Source: Podarcis bocagei
Taxonomy: Eukaryota
Strand: one strand, 5' to 3'
DNA: 64,000 nucleotides
NCBI GenBank assembly: GCA_964188305.1
Contig: OZ076889.1
Each line of letters opens with the position of its first letter. The first letter of the stretch is position 1. Below, piece by piece: positions 38,001 to 49,959 of the stretch. Made by a program: the position numbers and the translations under genes. The notes under the pieces are model-generated. The model did no database searches and was not told the DNA's origin. It was given only the letters and a program-made list of their open reading frames with translations.

Positions 38001-41000
38001 TTCACAATAGACCCCGCCAAAAAGATGACTTTTTGAAGTAAGACGAGTAATGGGAAAATGCCCTGGAAAGTACAGGATAACAATTGCTTGATGCAATGTT
38101 ATAGAACTTCCCTGCAAACAAATCAGAATGAATGCTCTATAAACAGGTTGTCTGCAAGTGACCAGAGTCTTTACTCTGCTTCCTATGCTGGCACCCCAGG
38201 GGGTTACTGGTAAAATATATTTGATGGTGATCTAGTTAATCCAGCTTTACCACTGGAACTAAATGTGCTTCATACCATAAAATAGAGATTCTGCCACCAC
38301 CTATAGCAGAGATTAAAACAATTAATGTGGGGAGCAGTTACTTTGGTTTAGAGATCTAGCTAGTAACTTTTCCAGCTTTCAACCTCTAACTGGCCAACTG
38401 TCCCAAAATGTTATCGGTGGTAGTAACTTGGTCAAAAAGACTACAGAATTAAATGTGGGTGAGATAATAAATACCATTGGATCATAGCACACAAGTAAAC
38501 CTGCCCAAGAAGTTAGGTTGATTATACAGCATAAACACAGAAATTGCAGTCAAGGAAATAAATGTATGTTTGGCAGAACAATCAAAACCCGAGCTGGGAA
38601 ACAGTGAGCCACCCAGTCTACAGGCCCCATTGCTATGCCAGCTCTCAGCTGGCAGAATAGTCTGGTGCCAGTTTTCATGTCCCCTCTGCCTTCTGCTGTG
38701 AGATTGTTATAGGTGCATTGCATATTGGAACCTGTAATTTAATACATGAAAATAATTGGGGAGGAATAGGGGGGAAAGGGTGAGGTTGGAGTTTTTGGAG
38801 CAGGGCAGAGTTTGTTTAGTTTCGTGTTTGAGTGAGTTGCTGGAACAAAGAAACTTCAAGCATTTGTCTCTGGCATTTTGGATTTCTTATAATGCAGCTC
38901 TCTAGCAAAGTTGAGCCGTTCTAGAGGCAGTGTCTTGTGCCCCAATGCAGAGCACAGGTCAAGGCAAATTCACACTTGTTCTAGCAAGACAATGCACATT
39001 TTGCTAATTTGCTTGTGTCTGGAAATACCAACCAAAGGTGCTACATGGTATCTGAAATCTTTGCATTGGAGGCAATCTAACCAGTGTGGGCATAGAGTTA
39101 CATGCAATATTATGCACTGTATTCCTAACTTTGCATGATAGCCTGTTGGTCAACATCCAGCATCTAACGTTCCTTGGCTGTGCCTGTACCTTTAATCCCA
39201 TTATGTTATTTTATTTCTTGGCCTGCATTGCCTCTTCTATTATCCCTTTCCCCTTACATGCTGTTGCCTTTGGATCTTGCCCAATCCTAAATATATGTAC
39301 CTACCTTACACTGAGTCTACAAATTGGTACCAGTAGCTCTCCATGGTTTCACCAGCACTTGTTGCCTGACCCTTTCACTCAGGCTGGTCCAGTGTGCAGC
39401 CCAAGGGATGACTCAGTGCCTTTTGGCAACATCTGACATGCACACACCCCTCACACTGCCTTCCCAAAGTCAGGTAAACAAGGCGCTGGGTTTTGGGGAG
39501 GGAGGGCTCTAGGACCCTGCCAGAGCCTTGTGCCTGCTGGCTATGGGAAAGCAGTGTGAGGGTTAGGGGGTGTCATATTTTGACCTTGCACCCCACCCCC
39601 ATGCAAGGCAATGTGTGGCCCACAGGTTCCATGTTCAAGTACTCTTTCAGCCCAATTGGTATGAAAAGTTGGATCGCCAGACTTTAACTGAAGATGTCAG
39701 GGATTGAACCTGCTACATGGAAAGCATATGCTCTACCATTGAGCTATAGCCCCTTCTGCCTATCTCCCTCGCCACCCATCAGCTAAGCCCTTTCTATCCA
39801 TTTGAGCCACTAACAAGCCAGAGTGCACGGGAACAGATAGTGTGGTTTGATAAATAGGGGGATGGGTTGAGGCTGGTTCAATAGGATTGCTCATAGATAT
39901 ATTTTTTTTAGCCGAAATCATTGAAGCTTGTAAGATCTGCCCTTTTGGTGACCCTTGTTACAATATATGGAATTCTAGGGAATTTGTGACAGGCTGGTGA
40001 CATATAACTGTGGTCAGTAGGGTGAAACAGTGCCTCCCCCTGTTCTTTGCAAGCCCATAATGAATCTTGCTTTGACATTGCAAAGTTGTTGAGGCAGAAG
40101 TATCATCTGCACTCAGAGAAACCAACCCCACCACCTCTACCTTGATACAGATATGTGATCTATCTATCTTGAGACCCTCGATGTTGCTTCTTTTCTACCT
40201 CCTGGTGGTTTGCTTTCCTTCAGTTTACTTTTTACATTGATATTACCACATGTTTCCTTCCCTGCTGACGTTTTCCAAAATCTTGGCTTTTAACTAAGGC
40301 AAGACTGCAGGGAAAACGTAAGAGCTCTTCTATGCATTCATTAACTTCAGTAACAAAACAGCAATTCTATATACCCAGGGAGCAAGCCCCATTGGGTGGC
40401 AGTTACTTCTGGCCAGACATGGATAGGACTACACTGTAGATTTCTAGGCATTCCTGCTGAAATTCCAAGTTTAGATTAGAACAAAAATGCAAGGAAACTT
40501 ATTTCTTCATCTATGAGAATTTAAAATAGCTTGGAGTTCTTGAGACTTTTATGTCATTTTCAGGAAGCCTGAACACCAGCAATCCCTTTAGGGGCAATAT
40601 TTGCCATTTTCAATTAATGCAAATATCAAAATACCCTTTTTAAAACAGGTTTTATTTTCAACATGGATAAGATGGTGGGGACTTTGAATGTGATAGCGAT
40701 TGGGGGACTTTTAGAATAAGAATGGCTATATGTAGGCTTTGGGAAATGACCCTATGTCTTAAATTCTCCTTTTGGATTTGCTTCTGAACAAACTCGCTTA
40801 GGGTTGCCCTGCACATCTGCTTTCTCTCTCTGATGAATCCTTACACATTTGTTTTCCAAGCATAGGTGCTATGTGAAGGACAATCTAAAAAGCACCCAAT
40901 TATCACATATACTGGGATTAGTCTTAGAATGCCAGTTCTCAATTAGGTCATTGTCATACTGTGTCTGTGTTGATCACAGTTTATAACATGGGAGGCAAAT

Positions 41001-43352
41001 CTGTGGCCAGCCTTCCAGATGTTTGGACTCCCAGCTGCCATCAGCCCCAGTCATCATGGCCAAGAACATCTGGAGAGCTACAGGTTCCTTCCATCTGAGT
41101 CACAACAGGTTCCATACTGCTGCCTTACAAGCTTCAAATTCACCTTCATGATTCCTTAGTTTGCTGTTGTGTTTTGAAAATTTTAACTCAAAGTGAAGTG
41201 ATGGCTGCTATGACAAAGTCACCATAACGTCATTATTGGGTCCCTGTGATTGATTGTTTTAATATCATGACGGGTCATGTAAGTGTGATGAATGGAAAGC
41301 CCATCACTCCTAACTCAACCCAAATTCTCAAGGGTATAATGAGCTGTAACTAAAAAAGGGGGCGGGGGCAATTAAGCCTGCTTGTAAATGGTTTAGAACA
41401 TGTAGAACAATTAAGTGTCATACAATCATAAGGTTTGGAAATATGCTCAAAGGTCATCTGTAGGAAAAAGGCTGCAAAGGCTTTCCTGATAGATGGCCTT
41501 ATAGCCTCGGCATAAAAATATTTAATGAAGGAGAGTCCACCAGCTTCCTAGCATTCTGTTCCACTGCTAAACAGTTCATACAATACCACCTGGACCTTAT
41601 TTGGAGCACCAGTTTGGAGAAGGCTGATATAAGAGGTTCAGGGGTTGGAGTCACCTATCATAAGGGGACTAGGAAGAAACCCAGCAGTAGGAGCTTCCAA
41701 AGGAATAAAAGGGATTTACCAATAAATTACACCCTAGAAAGCGAAATGTATCCTATTTTCCCAAAGAAAGCAAACTCTAGTTTAATGAAGCGTGCACAGC
41801 TAAAGCACATCTAAATGTTTCTCTTGTTCCCGTTGTTATTTTTGCAAGAGATTTTCTAATTGTCTGCATACAAGACTGATGGTAGTCCATAGCATCTGTC
41901 TACTACTAACAGCAAAAATGAGAGAAAAGACTAATCATGCCTCCTGCCATCACATGGAGATTAAATGACACTTCTACAACTCCCCCCCCCTTTCAAACAC
42001 CCGCTCCCGCTTTTCCTTCAATGAGAATCACAGGCATTTGAATAATAATACTATGGTCTCCATTAAGATGACAGTGGCGAAAAAATCAGCTCAAACCCTG
42101 TGATTATGCCTTCAATCTAATAATTATTTAAATACCAGATAACGCCTTTCAGACTAATTGAGGCCTTTCAGCTGCCTGCATTCGATTGCACTGCTGCATT
42201 TACTCCCTCTCAACTTCCTTTACCAAATGGGTCCAAATTGCTTTTAAAATTGCATTTATAGGATACATAAATTACGCTGCTCTCTTCTTCCCCCATAAGC
42301 CACCCCACAGAGTGGACAGGCAGTATAAATGATTTGAGTTAACTTGCTTGTATTATCCTTGTTTACACAATAAGACAAACGGAGAGTGAGAGCATGTTAG
42401 GGTGCCGTAGTGTAGGAAATTTGCAGTGGGCTAAGACATGTGGAAGCTGAATTCAAGCTTAGGAGGAAGACGTAGTAACCTAATCCTGCACATGGCTGTT
42501 CAGTAGTACCTCCCATTGAGTTCAGTGGGGCTTATTTCAGGATAAGTAGGTGTAGGGGTGCAGATCAAGAGCTAAAACTCTTCTGGATCTAAAGCTTTTA
42601 TGCAGCTACTGCCTTTGTATCAGAATATGGAAATAGCTATTTGCTTTTATGATGGAGTATCTATTTATTCTTTTTTGGCCACCTTGCATATTTATAGTTA
42701 AAGAAAGATGAGGTTGAATTTTGCTAATATATCAGTAAGTGAAAATTAAAGAGATTAGGTTTGTTTCCCGAAAGAAGAATTTGTGAAATCCTCTATGATC
42801 AAATGGGCACAAGATGTGGGTCATAATATTGATTTGAATCTGTGGGAACAATTGTGGAAAATAAATTTAAAATTCATTGCTGGTTTTTAAGGAGAACTCC
42901 TTAAAAATGATCCACAGGCGGTACTTGACACCAAGCAAACTAGCCAAAAAGTCTAGATCCAAAAGTGACTTATGTTGGAAGTGCAAACAAACAACCAGCA
43001 CATTTTACCATTCATGGTGGTCTTGTAGAATAATAAAATAATTTTGGGAGGTGGTGTATAATGAACTTAAACATTTAAAAGAACATTTTCCCCAAACCCA
43101 GAAGCTTTCCTTCTGGGAATAATGACAACAGAAGATTCGTTGCAGCTTTCCCTAATCTGGTTCCTCCCAGATGCTTGGACTACAAATCTCACCATTCCTG
43201 AACATTGATCAATGATAGGAGTTAAGAGTCCAACAGCATCTAGAGGGCCACAGCCTCTCTATCCCTGGTATACAGTCATATTTTTTTGCTACACCCTAGA
43301 AGAGCAGAGTAAGAGCAAATGTCCTACCATGTATTTTTCCTATAGTGTCTAC

Positions 43353-43353
43353 G

Positions 43354-43399
<46 letters not shown>

Positions 43400-43407
43400 G
43401 CACGCAC
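43353..43407. repeat. Compound (GTCT)n(CT)n(CA)n microsatellite
   Basis: Directly visible. Confidence 0.9.
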
Positions 43408-44151
43408 ACACACACACACACACACACTTACTCCTTGGTATCTGCTTTCACGCTGTGCTGTCATTTTGCCATTTTATCAGAGAACAAAGCTACTTAGATA
43501 CTTTGGTTCTCTGTTCCAGTCAGTGGTGTTTATTACAGGTTATCATGCTCCTTTTGTACACTTGAAAAGCAGTTAGCAGCCTCAAGTGTCTTCCTTAGAG
43601 CAGGAGCACCTGAGCCACTTGATTTTGCCCTTTGGAAATGATCTTACTCCTGTAAAAAGGAGGGAGAGTTTTATTTTGTAAAACTTCACTTGGGAAATTA
43701 ATGAGAGGAAATATGTGAGTGAGGTTGAGCTGAAAGGTGAGCTGGTAACCTTGCGTTCCAGTCCCATTCTGTTTCCACTCTTTAATTCATGTTCGCCTCA
43801 CGGTAACTCTCCAGCTCCACTGCTGCAATCTTCCTCCTCATAATAGGAACTGTTATTTGCCTTTCATTAACACTGAGACAGATACAATGGCTGCAAATGA
43901 AAAGGCCTCCAAGAAGAGAAGGAGTCATCACTTAGCTGAACTGGCTGCCTGTTATAATTGCCCTTTCCCTCACCTCCCCCCTCCTCCATCGTGTCACTGT
44001 ACCCCAGGAGAGTCTTAGTTACTTTTGAAAAACACTTGTATCTTCAGCTTCCCTGTTTGGAAGAAATGTTAGCAAACTTAAAGTGAAACTGTTCTATGGT
44101 GCTTGCCTATCCACCCTGATCAGCTCTTGATTTTGATGTGGCTTGCTTGTA

Positions 44152-44876
44152 GCATCTCCGCCAAGCTAAGCAGTTGGCTCCTTATCTCTCTCGCCCGGAC
44201 CTAGCCACTGTGATCCACGTGACAGTCACCTCCAGACTGGATTATTGTAACTCACACTACGTGGGGCTGCCCCTGAGACTGACCCAGAAACTCCAGCGGG
44301 TGCAGAATGCCATGGCGAGACTCCTTATGGGGTCTTCGCTGTGTGATCACATTCATCCGGTACTATACCAGCTGCACTGGCTCCCGGTGGAGTACAGGAT
44401 CAGGTTTAAGGTGCTTTAAAGCCCTATACAGCCTAGGACCCTCGTACCTACGGGACCGCCTCTCCTGGTATGCCCCACAGAGGAACTTACATTCTGCAAA
44501 TAAAAACATCCTGAAGATCCCAGGCCACAGAGAGGTTAGGCTGGCCACAACTAGAGCCAGGGCTTTCTCGGCCGCGGCTCCAATCTGGTGGAATGCTCTG
44601 TCACAAGAGACTAGGGCCCTGCGGGACCTGACATCTTTCCGCAGGGCCTGCAAGACAGAGCTGTTCCACCAAGCCTTTGGTCAGGGCGCAGCCTGACCCC
44701 CTCCTCTGGCAATCTGCACAGAATTCTGCTTAATGGGTGCCACCAATTTGATTTAAATTAACTTTTATAATGAAATGTTTTTAGAACGTTGGATTATTTT
44801 GACTGTTGTTAGCCGCCCTGAGCCCAGCTTCGGCTGGGGAGGGCGGGATATAAATAAAATTTATTATTATTATTAT
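44152..44876 (+). mobile_element. L2-clade LINE 3' fragment (frameshifted ORF2 end + 3'UTR)
   Basis: SRLDYCNSHYVGLP...KLQRVQNAMARLL...HIHPVLYQLHWLPVEYRIRFKVL, then frameshift to FKALYSLGPSYLRDRL...RAFSAAAPIWWNAL...KTELFHQAF; AATAAA and (TTA)n tail. Confidence 0.9.
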
Positions 44877-47800
44877 CTTAAATTATTTTACACTTTTTCT
44901 TTGACCCAATAGGGAACCCTTTTCTAAGATCCTAAGTGTTAGCAACTACACACGCAGACAGACAGACACACCCTTGGGTAGTTCGCTAACATTGAATTAA
45001 CCCTTCAGTTGCACACTGAATGACATTTGCTGCTGCACTTCCAAGAACGTACAGGAAGCTTGCTGAATCAAACCAGTGGACCACCTAGCCCAGCATCCTG
45101 ATCTCACCATGGCCATCTAGAGCCCTATGGGAAGCCCATAAGTAGGACTTGAATACAACACCATTCTCCCCTCCTGTGATTTCCAGCAGCTGGTATTTAG
45201 AAGCATGCTATCTTTGACACTGGAAGTAGGACATGGCCAGCCAGCCAGCCATACCTTACCAGCCCTATGGCAAGGATATTAACAATCCAGTAGAACTGGC
45301 TCAGCATATTAGTACCTTAGCCAAACCACAGTGAACTACCTTCTATAATTTAGGACCTATAATCCAGATAGTGGAGCATCACCATAAGGTTTCTCAGCAG
45401 AAGAAACAGAGCCCAGACTTTCTTTTTACTAAGAAAAGCGTGTTTTGTTAGAAGAAAAGCAAAAGAAGCATCAATTTATGAGTTGGAGCAAATGGAGAAG
45501 AGGGCGGGTTGTAAAGGGGGGGGGAGAAGATGAGCTGAAGTAGCAGAGAGAGAAACAGGGCTTGTTTCTTATCCTTAGTCCTCTGAGGAAAATGGAGGAA
45601 AAGGAGTTTTCAATGGTAGATTAAATTCAAAGAGTGGGAACATCAGATGTTCCCAAGCCACAGTGGGGTTTCTATTGGACGGACGTTTGGGGTAATAGGG
45701 CACAAAGGCAGGCACCCAACTGTGAGTTTCAAGAGTCAGTGAGACAGAGTGTCTGCCAGCAAGACTGCTCTCAAAGGCACACAAAATGCAGAGGCTCAAA
45801 GGCAGTTGTACTTTAAAGAAAACAAAAGACCAGGGTGTCAACTGAAAAGGGGCCAGAGATTCCAAGACAGTGATTCCAAGACTACTTTTTCAAAAGGAGG
45901 CTGTAGATGGGTGAACTCGTACTAGGCAGAAAAATCCAGCCGTGCATGGGACTCAGTGTTGTCAGAGAGTGGCAGAGTATTTCCCTAATCCCAAGCCTGA
46001 TGCTTACTGCTGATCATGCACATGCATGATTTAGTGTTATGCCTGAATATGGTGATTGTTGCTTGCCAAGGCCACTCAATGAAATCATGCTTGAGCTGAA
46101 ATTAGAGCATGGGATGTCTAGTACATAACTTGTGTTCTTAACCACAGGTTGCTCCAACTGTTTGCAAATTTATTCAGCAATTCCTCTTGTGTAAAATAAA
46201 ATTCTACCCTCCTACACTGTTCACTTGCATTAAGCCTCAAAGGATTTCTTTGTCTACTGGGGTCTTAGTGTCAGATGGAGGTTCAACTTAGTGGTTACAG
46301 TAAGGTTTCGGCAATGGAAGAAAATCTGTAGGCTCTTTCATTGTCAGAGATATCTATAAAGGTGTTGAATGAACCTCTGCAGATTAATCTCAACATCACT
46401 AAACATTAACTTCATGAGCCCTTTACATCTGGCATCGTTTTATGACATACAGTATTTAATAACAGAAGCAGAATTAATTCTAGTGCAGGAGAGAATCTCT
46501 TTGCTGGACTACACAGCTTATATATGTTTGTGAAAGCTGACAAGAACATCTGCTTTAAAAAAAACAACTCAACAAAATGCAAAGGAATGATAATATGTAT
46601 ATTATTGTGAAACCTAGAGCTCAGATGCAGGTTCCTTAAGCTAGTGTTTTCAGATAGCATGCTAGAAGAATGTGATGTCTTTAGGAATTCTGCAAATTGT
46701 GGTATTTATATTTTCAGCAGCAGTTGAGTTGATCATACTCACTTGTGGATTTCAGCCTTGTAAGTTCAGAAAGTGGTATATTGATTTAAAAGTGAGTGAA
46801 CTGAAAGGGAAAAGGCTTGATTAAATTACATAGCCAAGCAATCCAGAAGAAGTTTCTGAAATCTACTAAATCTCTACGGAAACAGTATATGATAATATTA
46901 CTCAGCTATCCATCTAGAACTTTAAAGTATTTAAAGCATTTCAAAAGGCAATTTTAGGCACACTTACCACAAAGGTGGGTCACTTAGTATTTGCATATTG
47001 CAGAAAGAAAATGAGACTGAGTGAATGGTGGGTTGCCTGGTTTAATTTGTGGGTGTGTTTTTTTTGAATCAACGGTTTCTTCATTCCCAGCACTACAACA
47101 TCACACTAGTTCTCTACTCTTCAAGTCTTGTTAGAAAGGACAGGAGAGACCAAGTGGAACAAGTGGGGGGGAGTATTAATAGTCCATTTCCATGCAAACA
47201 TCTAACACTTTAGTACAGAGTTTGCCCGGGTCTGGTATCAGCTGCCAAGGCCCATGATGATGTCTGCCCTAGACTTCCTGACCTGGGCAGATGGGTTTGG
47301 GAAGCCACCATTTTAAATCTTTAAGGTCTTGTTGTCAGAGTGGGCAGCCCAGTTCCTCCATACACACTGCCCAGGCTTGCACTCCAGGGAAGTCATTTTG
47401 GTGAAGCTAACACAGCAGTTTGACTTCACCCCTGGAGGCATACTCCATTGTCTCTCAAGACAGATGGCTGCCAACAATCCCAAAGTGCATGACATAGTAT
47501 CACTGCAAGGCGTTGTGGGAAATTTAAAATAGTGGCCTCCCAGCCATCTGTCACTGCCACCAGGTAAGCCTGCAGTAGGGGTGACACAAAAGCTTTCCCA
47601 AGAACCTCCTTGTCCCTGGTTTTGCCCATGCGTCCAGAAACCCTATGGCTAGTTCTCACTGAGATGGCAAGATAGTCTTGCCTAGCTTTCTTCCTGAAAT
47701 GTTATTTTTGTTTGTGCTTTAAGTCATATAGGCCTACACCTACAACCTGAAATTATACAACCCAAACATAGGTTTATTTACCTCGGTGTGGACTAGGCCT

Positions 47801-49169
47801 CTGTGACAGCCGTTTGAAGAGTTGGACAAATCCGTGATACCATCCTTCCAACTTTATTTGTTCTCAGACTAATAGGAAACACACATCTTCACTACCACTT
47901 CCTTAAATGACCTAATTTACTCGCTGCTTCCCCAAAGTTGACTGTCTCTCCCTTACACTGCTTCTTAACCTACTTTGCATCAGAACTGCTAAGTCATGAA
48001 AATCAGGTTATTACAGAAGGCAATTTTTATCTTGAAGCACTAAAACCTGTATTGTGGCTTCCTGTATTGTACCTTCAGTTCATCTCTGCTGTGTTTTTAG
48101 CCTGAGGGGCAGCTTAAAGCTACAGGTTTGAATGAGGCTTTGGTTCTGCAAGGAGCAATCAGATTCCGGTTGGGTTGACTCACTCCATCTTTCTAAGGAG
48201 GCTAAATAAAGTAACTAGTGCACTTCTAAAGGGGCCCATCTGTACCAGGCATTCTGTTGTGCTTAATATCTAAACTGAAGGGTCAAAAGGCTCAAATCCC
48301 ACATTATTAAAAACCATAACTTACAGCTAGAAAATATACAGTGTATTTCTTAGAAAGAAGGATAAAGCCTTTATGGCTTTTAATCTAGAAAACAAGGTAA
48401 CTGAATGTAAAAGAGGGTTATCAGTGTAGAGACAATGAATATACACTCCCCCCTTCTTCTATATAACGTTAGAATTTGGGAACTCTTTGCCTGAATATGC
48501 GAGGACTTAAAACATAGGTGGGGTCTTCTCAGAGTCTTTTCACGTTTTAATGTCATATCAGTATGCCTAATTAATTTATGGGATTCACAGCTAAAGTGAT
48601 ATGATGGTCACTAACTTAAATCCTTTTTTTGAAAAAACAAAGAAATTAGATGTCTAACTCATGGCAGATTAGCTTTCTCATAATACTAGAACCCAAGATC
48701 ATTCAGGGAAGCTGATAACAAGTAATTCACACAGCACACAGATAAACTACAGCATTTGCTTCCACAAGATGTACTGGAAGTAATGAAGGGATAAGTCTAT
48801 CAATAGCTATTAGTAATAATAGTTATTTTCTCCAGTATCAGAGGCTTCTTAATATCAGTTGCTCGAGACAGAGCTATTGTCCTTATGTCCTGCTTATAGG
48901 CTTCCCAGAGGCATCTGGTTGGCCGTTGTAGGAAACTGGATGCTGGGTTAGATAGGCCTTTGGCCTGATCCATCAAGGCTCATCTTATGTTCCTTTGTAA
49001 GGACTATTGAGGATGACAGCTAAATGGAACATCCATATACAGTCCCAGTATACCTCTAAGCACCAGATAATGGACACAAATGATAGGGATGGTCATCATT
49101 TTCATGTCTTGATTTTGTGGTTCCGAAGATATCTGTTGTCCCCTGTTGGCTATAGAAAGCTGGATGAGC

Positions 49170-49263
49170 AGAGCTCTCTGGTGAGATTTAACTGTGATTC
49201 CTGCATTTCAGGGGGTTAGACTAGATGACTACAGTTCTATAAGTCTATGATTCTATGATTCTA
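49170..49263 (+). mobile_element. Short CR1 3'UTR remnant
   Basis: TTCCTGCATTTCAGGGGGTTAGACTAGATG and (CTATGATT)n terminus, homologous to the end of the 59.2-59.7 kb CR1. Confidence 0.7.
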
Positions 49264-49608
49264 AGAATAATGTTTCATTTTAGTGAATAGTTAGAGATTT
49301 TCTGCAAGAGGAGAAAGGCCTGTTGTATTTTTGAATCAGCACCAACCTTCCTCTCCCTTTGTACCACCACATGCCTATTGACTGGCTCTCCCACCCTCAG
49401 AAAAGAAGAACCAGGGCTGCCTGAGTTACAACAGCAAAAATTGTGCTCTTCCTTTGAAGTTTAAATGTTATTTTTGGCTCCTGAAACAGAAAAGCATATT
49501 TTATGGAATCCAACAGTTTGACATGCAGCAAAATATGACCGAATGGGATGCTCCTGTCCAGGGTTCCAGTCCAACCAGGCATGCCCTCTATATTCCCCCT
49601 GTCTACTG

Positions 49609-49959
49609 CATACCCTCCAACATTTCTCCAATGAAATTAGGGGTGTCCCATTCCAGAATGATAATTTTACTATTTATACCCCACACCTCTTACTGGGTTG
49701 TCCAAGCCACTCTGGGCAGCTTCTAACATATATGAAAACATAATAAAACATTAAACTTTTTTTTAAAAAAAACCCTTCCCTATACAGGGTTGCCTTCAGA
49801 CAGCTTGGGGGTTGGATAACTCCATACCCTCCAACATTTCTCCAATGAAAATAGGGACATCCTAAGGAAAAGCGGGACTTTCCGGGATCAAATCAGAAAC
49901 TAGGATGGCTTCTCTAAATCAGGCACATCCCTGGAAAATAGGGCTACTTGGAGGGTCTG
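49609..49959. mobile_element. Non-autonomous TIR element with 6-bp TSD
   Basis: CTACTG|CATACCCTCCAA ... TTGGAGGGTCTG|CTACTG; the left end is repeated internally at ~49823. Confidence 0.7.

Noticed and set aside
47312-47480. Minus-strand segment reminiscent of an RTE-type retroelement 5' region, possibly with a self-cleaving ribozyme
   Set aside because: Resemblance is from memory only and I could not build an HDV-like or hammerhead fold by eye; needs a Dfam and Infernal search.
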